From an uncultured bacterium (GTDB lineage Bacteria > Krumholzibacteriota > Krumholzibacteriia > LZORAL124-64-63), in NCBI GenBank assembly GCA_963732385.1, contig CAVSZB010000007.1:1376001-1440000 (forward strand): DNA of 64,000 nt, in the 5' to 3' direction. Position 1 is the first letter of the stretch, and every line of letters starts with the position of its first letter. The notes below the pieces were generated by a model. That model ran no database searches, was not told the DNA's origin, and saw only the letters and a program-made list of their open reading frames with translations. Shown in pieces: positions 9,161 to 18,871 of this stretch. A program made the translations under genes and the position numbers.

Positions 9161-10066
9161 TCAGATCTCCCGCAGGAAATCGACGATCTCGGCATGAAGA
9201 CCGGCGGGACCGTGGATCTGGAGGATCCGGTGCCCCCCCTCGGGGTAGAGCCGGAAGCGCGAGGCCTTGTGCCGCGCCTTGCGTTGGACCATTCGCAGGG
9301 AGACGGCCGCAATGCGCTCATCGTCCTGGCACTGCGCCGCGTAGACCGGCATGTCGAGCCGGGAGAGCAGCGGCCGCGCCTTTTCCATCGCCTCGAGTAT
9401 TTCGAGGCTCCAGCCGTACTTGCGCCGCACCCACTGCAGGCGGTGCACATTCAACCGCAACAACAGGCGCACGAAGAGCGGGAGGCACGGTTCGAGGGCC
9501 GGCGCGAGCAGCACGACGCCCTGCGGTTTCTCCTCGCCTGCGAGATGGATGGCGATCGCCGAGCCGAAGCCCAGACCGACGACGTGCACACGCGGGCCCA
9601 CCTCGCGCAGGAACCTCAGCCGCAGCCGGGCCTCCTGCAGGCAGGCGCGCCAGAGAACATCACCCAGGCCAGGCGCAAGGTTGGCGCGGGTCGGCAAGAG
9701 AGGAGCGTAAACGCTGAAACCGGCGTCGTGGATCGCCTCGGCCAGCGGACGCATCTCGGCCGGCGTGGAGGTGGCGCCATGGAGGAGCAGGACCGCGTCC
9801 GCTCCCTCCGCTCCGCCGAGCATGATCGAACGGTCGACCGGCGGAATGCCCCGCCGTTCCTCCAGTTCCGCGCGCAGTTTCTGGTGGGCGCGCAGCAGAC
9901 TGGCGCGGGCGCGCGGCGTGTCGGGACGCTGCCCGCGGGTGGTTTCCAACTCCCAGGCGGTCAAAGCGTGCCGGATCGTCTCCGGCCGGACTGCCCGCTC
10001 GCGCTCCTTCTCATCCGCCGGAAGAGGGCCGCCGGACCGTGCCGTGCTGTCGCTTTCGCTCGCCAA
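9161..10066 (-). CDS. Alpha/beta-hydrolase (carboxylesterase/monoacylglycerol lipase-like) lacking the nucleophile Ser
   Basis: VLLLHGATSTP, nucleophile elbow GLGFG rather than GxSxG, QDDERI and GGHRIL. TTG start with GAGG RBS. Confidence 0.75.
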   Translation of the reverse strand: MASESDSTARSGGPLPADEKERERAVRPETIRHALTAWELETTRGQRPDTPRARASLLRAHQKLRAELEERRGIPPVDRSIMLGGAEGADAVLLLHGATSTPAEMRPLAEAIHDAGFSVYAPLLPTRANLAPGLGDVLWRACLQEARLRLRFLREVGPRVHVVGLGFGSAIAIHLAGEEKPQGVVLLAPALEPCLPLFVRLLLRLNVHRLQWVRRKYGWSLEILEAMEKARPLLSRLDMPVYAAQCQDDERIAAVSLRMVQRKARHKASRFRLYPEGGHRILQIHGPAGLHAEIVDFLREI

Positions 10067-10439
10067 ATCCTCATCCCCGTCCGCGGCGCGGGCCGCTCAG
10101 CCGATGTGCCCGGGCCGGTCGCAGATGACGTCCGGCCACGCTCCCGGTTCCCGACGAACCGACACCGCGTGATCCTGGTGCCTGCCGCTCAGGACGAAGG
10201 CCAGACCCCTGCCGGGCCGCTTCGCGGCCGGCAGGTCCGCCCCGGGATCATCTGAAATGAATAGGTCCTCCGGCGCGGTGACGCCAACCCTTTCCGGCGC
10301 TTCCCGGCAGATCAGCCCCTCCGATTTGCCGCTCGTGACCGCCACGCAGCCGGCGGCAGCCTCCCGGGCGGCTCTGCCGGCCGACCGGGCCGGGGGTCGC
10401 CCCGACACCCCCTCGACCTCAGGCGGGCTGGCGCGGGGC

Positions 10440-11615
10440 TCACGCAGAGGCGGCAGGCGGACCCTCCTTCCCACCGGATGCGGCGAGCGCGGCCAGCTCT
10501 GCATCGTAGCGAGGCGCCAGGCGCTCCCAGCAGAATGCGTCGCACGCGGGGGGCAGGCCGCAGACGTGCCCGCAGCGCCCCGCCAGAACGTCGCGCAAAA
10601 GCGCTGTCAGCCCCGCCTCGCCGTCGTAGAGATGCCGGCCCCGGCACTGGCGACCGTAGAGAGAGGGGTAGACCTGCTCACGCGGCAGCACGGCGAAGGC
10701 GCCGGCATGCACCGCTTCGGCGACCGCGATGCCAAAGTACTCCTGTGCCGCGCAACTGACGACCACATCCGCCCTCGCGAGCCAGGAATCGTAGCCCTGG
10801 CCCGCCGGCGCCTCCCCCCAGGCCACCACGCGCGAGCCGAGGCATTCGCGCAGCGGAGCGAATGCCTCCTCGCGGCCGCGCGGATCGCCGAGCAGGGCGA
10901 CCCGGAACGGCACCCCCTCGGCCGCAAGGCACCGCAGCGCGCCGACCAGCCACTCCGGACGCTTGTCGAACTCCCAGCGGTGGTTCCAGAGGATGAGCGG
11001 AGCTTCGCCATCGCGGGGCCAGGTCGGTCCGGCATCATCCGCGCACGGCCCGCCCAGATACGGCGCACCACCGTCGTCGGGACGACAGGCGCGGGCGAGG
11101 CCAACCGGCAAAACCGCACTTTTGGCCTCGATCCGGGGCCGCACGCCACGCGGGATCGCTTCGGGCATCCGACCGAGATAGGCGGGAATTCCATCCAGAA
11201 AAAGACCCCTGTGGTACTCGGAATTAAAGATCACGCGGTCGGCGGCCAGCGCCGACACGATGTTGGTGGCCCCGAAATGGAAGTCGAATTCCTCTTCCGG
11301 CGACAGGGGGTAGGTCAACTGGTTTTCGTGCATATAGAGTAGAAGGGGCTGGCGATCGTAGGGGGGATCGAGCATCCCGCGGAAGTCGGCCACGTTCAGG
11401 AAATCGGTGGCCAGGATCAGGTCGCACGGCGGCCGCGCAGCGTTGATCGCGTCGGCGAACCAGGGGGCGGCGCCTCGCAGGCGCCATTTCCAGAAGCGCG
11501 CCGGCAGCGTCCAGCCGTGGACCCGGTGGCCGGAACGGGCCGTTAATCCTTCCCGGAAGGCGCGATGCGAACCCCCGTCATACGGTTCTACGAACAGGAT
11601 ATCCAATGGTGACAA
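10440..11615 (-). CDS. DUF3524 + GT4 glycosyltransferase, homologue of tRNA-queuosine alpha-mannosyltransferase (GTDC1/QTMAN)
   Basis: EPYDGGSH, TLPARFWKWR, YMHENQLTYP, ADRVIFNS, WNHRWEFDK and the GT4 E-x7-E motif EYFGIAVAE. Confidence 0.85.
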   Translation of the reverse strand: MSPLDILFVEPYDGGSHRAFREGLTARSGHRVHGWTLPARFWKWRLRGAAPWFADAINAARPPCDLILATDFLNVADFRGMLDPPYDRQPLLLYMHENQLTYPLSPEEEFDFHFGATNIVSALAADRVIFNSEYHRGLFLDGIPAYLGRMPEAIPRGVRPRIEAKSAVLPVGLARACRPDDGGAPYLGGPCADDAGPTWPRDGEAPLILWNHRWEFDKRPEWLVGALRCLAAEGVPFRVALLGDPRGREEAFAPLRECLGSRVVAWGEAPAGQGYDSWLARADVVVSCAAQEYFGIAVAEAVHAGAFAVLPREQVYPSLYGRQCRGRHLYDGEAGLTALLRDVLAGRCGHVCGLPPACDAFCWERLAPRYDAELAALAASGGKEGPPAASA

Positions 11616-11797
11616 GGGGTTGTCCTCCCTGAACCCGTTCCGTAACGGCTGCGGACGCGGCGCGCAGTCCGCCGCGTTGATGCGGCCGGCCTCCTCATTA
11701 TATATTAGCAGGGCGCGGCCCCGGTATCACCTCCACGGGCAGATCGTGAGCGCAGGTTGACGGTCTGTCTGTGGCCCGCCTGAAAGGACCCCTTCCC

Positions 11798-12178
11798 ATG
11801 CCATCGAGCCCGGCGCGTGAGATCGAGACCTTCCCCAATCCCAATCCGGAACGGGACTACGAAATCGCGTTCGACTGTCCGGAGTTCACCTGTCTCTGCC
11901 CGCTGACCGGACAGCCCGACTTCGCCCGCTTCCAGATCACCTATGTGCCGGACGGGACCTGCGTGGAACTGAAGTCGCTCAAGCTCTATCTCTGGTCGTA
12001 CCGGAACGAAGGAGCCTTCCACGAGGCGGTCACCAACCGGATCGCCGACGACCTGATCGCGGCCGTGCGGCCGCGGCGTCTCGCGGTCGCCGGAGACTGG
12101 TTCGTGCGCGGGGGAATCGCCACGCGGGTGCTCGTCACTTACGGACAGACCGACACCGGCGCTCAGGAGGCCCCTTGA
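11798..12178 (+). CDS. queF: NADPH-dependent preQ0 (7-cyano-7-deazaguanine) reductase, short type
   Basis: [49 protein letters not shown] before ATG 11798. Confidence 0.95.
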   Translation: MPSSPAREIETFPNPNPERDYEIAFDCPEFTCLCPLTGQPDFARFQITYVPDGTCVELKSLKLYLWSYRNEGAFHEAVTNRIADDLIAAVRPRRLAVAGDWFVRGGIATRVLVTYGQTDTGAQEAP

Positions 12179-12247
12179 GCGTGACTCCCGGGGTCGACGC
12201 TTCGCCGCGCGACGTCACCGGCGCCGACCTCATCATCGACGGCAGCA

Positions 12248-13264
12248 TCACGACCTGAGCTCATCCGGCGGCACGACGAACGACAGCGCGCGTCCGCAGC
12301 CCGGACAGTGCGCGCCGTCGCGCAGCAGGACGCGCGTGGCGAACCCCTCGCGCGCGACACACAACTCACTGCAGTGCGGACAGACCGTGTCCGCGCCGCC
12401 GCGCAGCCGGACATTCCCCACGTAGACGTAATGCAGCTTCCGACGCGCGAACGCGGCGGCGCGGGCGAGCGTGGCCGACGGCGTGGGCGGCGCGCTGAAC
12501 TTCCAGTCGGGCCGGTAGGCGGAAAAATGCAGCGGCACGTCGCGCCCCACCTCGGCCACGAAATCGACCAGGCGCCCGATCTGCGCCGCCTCGTCGTTAC
12601 AGCCCGGGATGACAAGATTCGTCACCTCGAGATGCACGCCCAACTCCCGGCAGGTCCGGATCGTGGCCAGCACCGGCGCCAGGCTCGCCCCGCAGATCTG
12701 CCGGTAGAAGCCGTCGTCCATCGCCTTGAGGTCGATGTTCGCGGCGTCGACCAGCGGCAGCAGCTGGCGCAGTGGTTCCGGGTTGAGGAAACCGTTCGAT
12801 ACGATGACGTTGCGCAGTCCGGCCGCGCGGGCCAGCCGCGCCGTATCCCGTACGAATTCGTACCAGACGAGCGGCTCGCTGTAGGTGAACGCCACGCCGA
12901 TCGAATGGCGCGCCAGCGCGAGCGCGACCACCTCCTCAGGCGCAGAGACGGCGGCGGCCGCAGCGCGTCCCTGGCTGAGCGTCCAGTTCTGGCAGAACCG
13001 GCAGTGGAGGTTGCACCCCTGCGCGGCGATCGACAGGATCGAAGCCCCGGGGTGGAAATGGTAGAGCGGCTTCTTCTCGATCGGATCGACGGCGGTCGAG
13101 ACGATGCGGCCGTACTCCTTCGCGATCATGCGCCCACCGGCATTGGTGCGCGACCCGCAGGGGCCGTCGCGCCCGTCCGGCAGCCGGCAGCCGTGCGGAC
13201 AGAGCTCGCACTGGACCGCGCCGTCGGGCAGGGCGCTCCACCAGGCCGCCACGTGCGTCACCAT
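12248..13264 (-). CDS. amrS: AmmeMemoRadiSam system radical SAM enzyme
   Basis: QCELCPHGC...GPCGSR, DPIEKKPLYHFHPG, GCNLHCRFCQNW, AFTYSEP, DAANIDLK, C-terminal CPHC...CPGC. Confidence 0.9.
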   Translation of the reverse strand: MVTHVAAWWSALPDGAVQCELCPHGCRLPDGRDGPCGSRTNAGGRMIAKEYGRIVSTAVDPIEKKPLYHFHPGASILSIAAQGCNLHCRFCQNWTLSQGRAAAAAVSAPEEVVALALARHSIGVAFTYSEPLVWYEFVRDTARLARAAGLRNVIVSNGFLNPEPLRQLLPLVDAANIDLKAMDDGFYRQICGASLAPVLATIRTCRELGVHLEVTNLVIPGCNDEAAQIGRLVDFVAEVGRDVPLHFSAYRPDWKFSAPPTPSATLARAAAFARRKLHYVYVGNVRLRGGADTVCPHCSELCVAREGFATRVLLRDGAHCPGCGRALSFVVPPDELRS

Positions 13265-14352
13265 GGCGCCTCCGGCAACCGCCCGCCGTTGGCAACGACC
13301 GTGGCGGCGTTGCGCCGCAGGCCGTCGGGATGGGCGCGCCAGAGCGGCGACCGGCAAAAGCGCCGGCGGAACTCCTCCGCGTCGATTTCGAGCAGGTCGG
13401 CCAGGCTCGCCTGGGCATGCGCCGGATCGAGCCCGTACTCCGGACGGACCGCCCCGCCGAAACGCGCCGCCCGACGGTTCCAGGGACAGACCGCCTGGCA
13501 GATGTCGCAGCCAAACAGCCGTCCCCCCTGGCGGGCCGCCTCGCCCACCGGCAGACGGCCGTGCCATTCGATCGTCCAGGTGGAGATGCAGCGGTTGGCG
13601 TCGATCACGAACGGGATGTCGAGCGCTCCGGTGGGACAGGCGTCCTGACATAGCCGGCAGGAACCGCAGCGCGAGGCCGGTCCCGGCCCGGCCGTGCGGG
13701 ACGCCGAAACGGAGGCGGTTCGCGGCGTCGCGCCCCAGAGCGGGGCCGCCGCCGGCGCTCCCGCTGCCGGCAACCCGTCCACCGCCAGTCCGACTGCGGC
13801 CACGCCGAGGAACAGCCCCGATCCAAGCCGCTCATGGATCAGGCAGCTGTTGCGCCCGAAGAAACCGAGCCCGGCGAGCCAGGCGTACTCCCGCTCCAGA
13901 TAGGGTCCGGTATCGACCGCGGCGTGCGCAGGGAACGGGCCGAGCGCCCGACGCAGGTCATCGACCACCCCCTTCACATCGGAGAGCAGGAGGTCATGGT
14001 AATCGCGCCCGCGCGCGTAGCGGGCCACACCGTCGGTCCAGGGACGACCGGGCGCGGCGCCCTCCCACGGCGAGCGATCGTCGGGCGACCACCCGGCCAC
14101 ATAACGCTGCGCGAAGACGAGCAGCGCGCGCGCCCAGGGGCGCTGCACGGTCGGATCAACGCGCGCGTCCGGATCGCGGGCGAGCCAGGCGAGACCGGCG
14201 TGCCGGCCGTCCGCCAGCCAGGCGTGAAAGGTGTCGGCATGCGGCAGCGGACAGGGCAGCGCCACCGCACCGGCCAACGCGATCCCGCGCGGCGGGCAGA
14301 ACTCGCCCAGCAACCGGGCCAGGCGCTCCGACGTGACGCGCGGGTCCGTCAT
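13258..14352 (-). CDS. queG: Epoxyqueuosine reductase (cobalamin/4Fe-4S)
   Basis: VARYARGRDYH, VDTGPYLERE, AGLGFFGRNS, CGSCRLCQDACPTGA, CISTWTIE, FGCDICQAVCPWN; GAGG RBS before ATG 14352. Confidence 0.92.
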   Translation of the reverse strand: MTDPRVTSERLARLLGEFCPPRGIALAGAVALPCPLPHADTFHAWLADGRHAGLAWLARDPDARVDPTVQRPWARALLVFAQRYVAGWSPDDRSPWEGAAPGRPWTDGVARYARGRDYHDLLLSDVKGVVDDLRRALGPFPAHAAVDTGPYLEREYAWLAGLGFFGRNSCLIHERLGSGLFLGVAAVGLAVDGLPAAGAPAAAPLWGATPRTASVSASRTAGPGPASRCGSCRLCQDACPTGALDIPFVIDANRCISTWTIEWHGRLPVGEAARQGGRLFGCDICQAVCPWNRRAARFGGAVRPEYGLDPAHAQASLADLLEIDAEEFRRRFCRSPLWRAHPDGLRRNAATVVANGGRLPEAPW

Positions 14353-14362
14353 GCCATCCACC

Positions 14363-15328
14363 TCAGGAACGCGCCGGCGGGACAAGCCGCGCCACCGCGT
14401 CGTCGTATCCGGCGAGCAGACGCGCCACGACTGCGGCCACGGTCGGCACGTCGTCGATCAATCCGGCCACCTGGCCGATCTCGAGCTCGCCCTCCTCCAG
14501 ATCCCCCTCGAGCATGCCGCGGCGCGCGCGCCCCTCGCCCAGCAACTCCGTCAGCGTCTCCCGCGACGCGCCGGCCGCCTCGAGCCGCATGATCTCGTCA
14601 CGGAAGCGGTTGCGCAACAGCCGCACCGGCACGAGCGGCTTGAGACAGAGCTGCGTGTCGGCCGGACCGGCCGCCACCACCGCCCGCTTCCAGTCCGGAT
14701 GCCCCGACGACTCCTCCGTGATCGCGAATCGCGACCCCACCTGCACCCCCTCCGCCCCGAGCGCCAGCGCCGCCGCCAGTTGCGCCCCGGTGGCGATCCC
14801 CCCCGCCGCGATGACAGGTATCTTCACGGCAGCGACGCACTGCGGCACGAGCACCAGCGTTGTCAGTTCCTCGCGCCCGTTGTGCCCCCCCGCCTCGAAC
14901 CCCTCGCACACCACCGCATCGCATCCCGCCTCCTCGCACTTGCGCGCCAGATCGGGATGCGCCACCACGTGCGCGCTGATGCAGCCCTCGCTCTTGAGCC
15001 GCCCCACGATCCGCTTCGGAGACCCGGCCGACGTGACGAAGATGCGCACCCCCTCCGTCAGCGCGACCTCGAGACACGCGGCGGCGTGAGGGTAGAACAG
15101 CGGCAGGTTCACGCCGAACGGGCGGTCGGTGAGCGCGCGCGTGGCGCGGATCTGCTCGTGCAGGAGATCGGGCCGCAGGGAACCGGCGCCGAGCAGCCCG
15201 AGACAGCCGGCCTCGGCCGCAGCGCCGGCGAGTCGCGCGCCGGAGTTATAGACCATGCCGGCCTGGACGATCGGATGGGCGATGCCGAACAGCTCGCAGA
15301 CGCGGTTGCGGGGCCAACGGGAGGTCAT
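14363..15328 (-). CDS. Nitronate monooxygenase / FabK-like flavin oxidoreductase
   Basis: PIVQAGM, TDRPFGVNL, EGFEAGGHNG, PVIAAGGI, GAEGVQVGSRF. Confidence 0.85.
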   Translation of the reverse strand: MTSRWPRNRVCELFGIAHPIVQAGMVYNSGARLAGAAAEAGCLGLLGAGSLRPDLLHEQIRATRALTDRPFGVNLPLFYPHAAACLEVALTEGVRIFVTSAGSPKRIVGRLKSEGCISAHVVAHPDLARKCEEAGCDAVVCEGFEAGGHNGREELTTLVLVPQCVAAVKIPVIAAGGIATGAQLAAALALGAEGVQVGSRFAITEESSGHPDWKRAVVAAGPADTQLCLKPLVPVRLLRNRFRDEIMRLEAAGASRETLTELLGEGRARRGMLEGDLEEGELEIGQVAGLIDDVPTVAAVVARLLAGYDDAVARLVPPARS

Positions 15329-15560
15329 CGGGCTCCTTCCGGAAAGATAGCTACGAGCAGGGAGGACAGCGCCTCGGCCCCCTCCCGGGCCAGACTAGCA
15401 TGCCGGGAGCCCGGAACGGACTGCAGGATGGCGCCCGGCCCGAACCAGACACCACCCAGGCCTTGTTAAAATATTTTACGCCTTGGAGTTGCTGGATAAT
15501 CACGGGGCGCTGGCCAGGCCTCGTCCGGCGGATGATCGGAGTCGATAACGCGCCCCGCGC

Positions 15561-17315
15561 TCAGGCCTCGTCAGCTCGCCGCAGGAGCAGGAAGGTGACG
15601 TCGTCGTTGAGCGGCACCTCGCCCAGGAACGCGCGCAGGTCGCTTACGATCGCCTCGGCGACCGCCTCGATCGGCTGGGCGCGCGCCTGGCACAACGCGG
15701 TGATCAGGCGTTCTTCATCGTAGAACTCCTCGCCCAGCGTCGCCTCCGGAATGCCGTCGGTGTGGATGCAGAGCAGGGCGCCCGGCGGGAGTTCGACGTC
15801 GGCGCTCCTGTAGACGGCGCCCGGGATGAGTCCGAGCGGGAGACCGGTCGACGAAAGGCGGCGCGCCGCGGTTGCGTCGTGGAGCAGGATCGGCGGGTTG
15901 TGCCCGGCGTTGACGTAGGTCAGCCGGTGAGCACGCGGGTCGAGCACGCCGATGAACAGGGTGACGAAGTGCAGGTCGTCGGACGCGTGCAGCAGTTGGC
16001 GGTGCACGCGCTCGACGACGGTTTCGAGCGCGCCTTTCTCGGCGTAGAGCACACGCAGCGCGGCCAACGTGTTGGACATCAGCAGCGCGGCGCCCATCCC
16101 CTTGCCGGTCACGTCGCCCACGACCACCACGACGCGTCCGTCTTCGAGCACCGCCGTGTCGTGCAGGTCGCCTCCCACCTCGTAGCACGGGATCTGGCGC
16201 GCCAGGATGTCGTAACCCGGCACTTCGGGCCGCGTGGTCGGCAGCAGGTGGCGCTGCACCTGCGCCGCGGCCGCGGCCTCGCGCGACATCCGATCCTTCT
16301 CGGCCTTCAGCTCGAGCAGCCGAACGTTGGCGATCTTCACCGCGATCAGGTTGGCCAGGAACGAGAAGAGACGCAGCTTTTCGGCGTCGTAACGCGCCAG
16401 CGGGTCATCGCTGTCGGCGTAGAGCAGGCCGATCGCCTGTTCGCTGTCGACCAGAGGAGCGACCATCGCCGAGCGCAACCGCGAAGCCACGATGCTCTCG
16501 CGACCGCTGAATCGCGCGTCAGACGGCGCGTCGTTGAGAACCATCGCCTCCCTGCCCCCGAGCACGGTATCGAGAAGCGTTCGGCTGAGGATGAGATTGG
16601 ACGTGTCCACAGCCTGCGCCGGACGCGACGCGAAAACCGTGAAGTCCCTGCCATCCTCCCGCGAAAGCAGGAGCAGGTAGCGCCGCGCCGGCACCAGCTG
16701 TTCGACCAGGCCAAGCAATTGGTCGCAGGTCCCGTTCAGGGGGCCCGGCAGGACGAGAAACTGGCCGACCTTCTCCAGGGCGCTCATCAGCAGACGATCG
16801 CCCTCGGGCAGCGAGGCGGGCGACACGTTCACCTGGTCGAGGCTGACCCGCGAGGCGGCGATCACCGAGAGTTCCGAGCCCGGACCGGCCGGACCGGCGA
16901 GCGAGTCGGCGAAGAGAGTCCGGCCCAGGGTCGCCTCGCCGCCTTCTGACACCACCATCATCAGGACCGAGCCAAGGCTGAGGCGGTCCCCGCGTACGAG
17001 CGACACCGGATCGGTCACGAGAGCGTCGTTCAACCACGTGCCGTTCTTGCTGCCGAGGTCCTGCACGGCGACGCGGTGCTCCTCCACCGCGATCTCGGCG
17101 TGCTCCCGCGACACGGACCGGTCGTCGAGCACGACATCGTTGACCGGTGCCCGTCCGAGCCGGTGCCGGCCCGGTCGCAGCGGCACCCGGATCTCCCGGC
17201 CCGCGAGCGAGCCTCTCAATTCGAGCAAGGTCCCTCCTGGTCGGACGGCGACGGAGCGGTCACGGGGGGAGCGGACAGGCGGCGCAACCCCTGAGCGCAG
17301 GCCTGATCCCACCAC
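15561..17315 (-). CDS. FHA + GAF + SpoIIE/PP2C phosphatase
   Basis: FHA (LGRAPVND, SVSREHA, DLGSKNGT), GAF (LRSAMVAPL...GLLYADS), SpoIIE (EVGGDL, GDVTGKG, NAGHNPP, HTDGIPE, NDDVT). Start uncertain. Confidence 0.88.
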   Translation of the reverse strand: MVGSGLRSGVAPPVRSPRDRSVAVRPGGTLLELRGSLAGREIRVPLRPGRHRLGRAPVNDVVLDDRSVSREHAEIAVEEHRVAVQDLGSKNGTWLNDALVTDPVSLVRGDRLSLGSVLMMVVSEGGEATLGRTLFADSLAGPAGPGSELSVIAASRVSLDQVNVSPASLPEGDRLLMSALEKVGQFLVLPGPLNGTCDQLLGLVEQLVPARRYLLLLSREDGRDFTVFASRPAQAVDTSNLILSRTLLDTVLGGREAMVLNDAPSDARFSGRESIVASRLRSAMVAPLVDSEQAIGLLYADSDDPLARYDAEKLRLFSFLANLIAVKIANVRLLELKAEKDRMSREAAAAAQVQRHLLPTTRPEVPGYDILARQIPCYEVGGDLHDTAVLEDGRVVVVVGDVTGKGMGAALLMSNTLAALRVLYAEKGALETVVERVHRQLLHASDDLHFVTLFIGVLDPRAHRLTYVNAGHNPPILLHDATAARRLSSTGLPLGLIPGAVYRSADVELPPGALLCIHTDGIPEATLGEEFYDEERLITALCQARAQPIEAVAEAIVSDLRAFLGEVPLNDDVTFLLLRRADEA

Positions 17316-17511
17316 GCTACGGCCGACCCGTCAAACCGCAACTGAATTAGTCGTGGATCTGCTCTTCGCGGCAGGACAGCCCGCGTCGCCTGCCCTGGCC
17401 AGTTCGCGGGACGCGGCCAGATCGCACAAGCGGTGAGATGACGTGACCTGATTGAAAACTCGCTTGCAGTCGGCTGCACATCAGGAATCAAGCCGGTCTG
17501 ACGAGGGCCGG

Positions 17512-18075
17512 CTACAGCCCGAGTTCACCGGCGATGCCGGTCAGCGCCGCCAGCACATGCGCGATGACCTCCTCCACCTCGAGGCCGAGCGCGGCCGCCC
17601 CCTCGGCGATCTCCTCGCGATTGACCTTGGCGGCGAAGTCCTTCTTCTTCAGCTTCTTCTTCACCGATTCGACCTTCACCGCGGCGATTTTCCGGTCGGG
17701 CTGGACCATCGCGCAGGCCATGCAAAAGCCGCAAAGTTCGTCGACGGCGAAGAGCCACCGTGCACGATCGGTCTCACGCGGAACGCCGGTGTAGGAGGCA
17801 TGGGAGAGGATCGAGCGCACGAACTCCTCCGGATAGCCCCGCTCCCGGAGGATCTCGGCCCCCTTGTTGGCGTGGTCGGGAATGTCGGGCCAGCGCTCGT
17901 AGTCGAAATCGTGGAGCAGGCCGGCAGCGCCCCAGGTTTCCGGATCGTTGCCGGTGCGCGCGGCGGCGGCGCGCATGGCCGCCTCCACGGCATAGGCGTG
18001 GCGGCGCAGCGCCTCGCCGGAGGTGTATTCGTGCAGCAGGGCCAGGACATGATCGCGGGCGTACAATGCGGTCAT
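17512..18075 (-). CDS. HD-domain hydrolase (HDIG/COG2316-like)
   Basis: LRRHAYAVEAAM, GLLHDFDYE, AVDELCGF, KKKDFAAKVNRE. Confidence 0.85.
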   Translation of the reverse strand: MTALYARDHVLALLHEYTSGEALRRHAYAVEAAMRAAAARTGNDPETWGAAGLLHDFDYERWPDIPDHANKGAEILRERGYPEEFVRSILSHASYTGVPRETDRARWLFAVDELCGFCMACAMVQPDRKIAAVKVESVKKKLKKKDFAAKVNREEIAEGAAALGLEVEEVIAHVLAALTGIAGELGL

Positions 18076-18109
18076 CGGGATCCTTCCGGACGGCGGCGCG
18101 ACCCCGCCG

Positions 18110-18844
18110 CTACAGCGTCAGTTCGCCGGCGTGGGCCCGCAGCCACGCGCGCTGCTCCGGGTAGTCCGGGCAGACCTCGCGCAGCAGGGCGTGGAAGCGC
18201 CGGCTGTGATCGAAGTGCACGAGGTGGCACAGCTCGTGCAGCACGATGGCGTCGATCACCCCGACCGGAGCCATCACGAGACGGTAGCAGAACGAGAGCG
18301 TGCCGCCGTGAGAGCAGCTGCCCCAGCGGGTGGCGCGCTCGCCGATCACGATTTTGCGCGGCGTCACGCCGACGCGTGGCCAGAGCAGCAGCACCCGCCC
18401 CGTGATCACCTCGCGGGCGAGGCCGCGCAGCCAGCGTTCGAGATCGGGCCGCGGGTCGAGCAGACGGGCGGCCGGCAGCCTGGCCTCGAGGGTGCCGCCC
18501 AACAGATCGATCCGCGTGCGGACCCGGCCCTCGGCAAGCGGGGCCACGACCAGACGGCGCGGCTCCCCGAGCACCGGGATCTCCCGCCCCGTGGCCACTT
18601 CGCGCCGCACCGGCCCCTGCCTCACGCCGTAGATCTCCAGTTGCCGATCAAGCCAATCCGCGTGTTCGCGCAGGGCTCGCGCCACCTCGGACCGACCCAT
18701 CCGGCGCGGCAGCACCACCACGAGCCCGTCGTCGTGCGTGATCCGGAGGGTGAGACGACGCGCCCGGTCGCTGCGCCGCACGCAGAAGCGGGCGGGGCGG
18801 CCGGCGATGAGCGTGACTTCGCTCTTCTCGGGGGCTCGGGGCAT
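18110..18844 (-). CDS. YgjP/DUF45 family zinc metalloprotein
   Basis: RRSDRARRLTLRI, TRWGSCS, IVLHELCHLVHFDHSRRF. Confidence 0.85.
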   Translation of the reverse strand: MPRAPEKSEVTLIAGRPARFCVRRSDRARRLTLRITHDDGLVVVLPRRMGRSEVARALREHADWLDRQLEIYGVRQGPVRREVATGREIPVLGEPRRLVVAPLAEGRVRTRIDLLGGTLEARLPAARLLDPRPDLERWLRGLAREVITGRVLLLWPRVGVTPRKIVIGERATRWGSCSHGGTLSFCYRLVMAPVGVIDAIVLHELCHLVHFDHSRRFHALLREVCPDYPEQRAWLRAHAGELTL

Positions 18845-18871
18845 GCGATCTTCTCTCTCGCCACGCCCGTC

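Noticed and set aside
10067..10439. ncRNA or small gene in the 370-bp intergenic gap
   Set aside because: Only generic GC-rich hairpins and ORFs without RBS or motifs; nothing supportable.
11616..11797. preQ1 riboswitch upstream of queF
   Set aside because: No preQ1 stem-loop with an A-rich tail is visible; only an AT-rich promoter-like patch.
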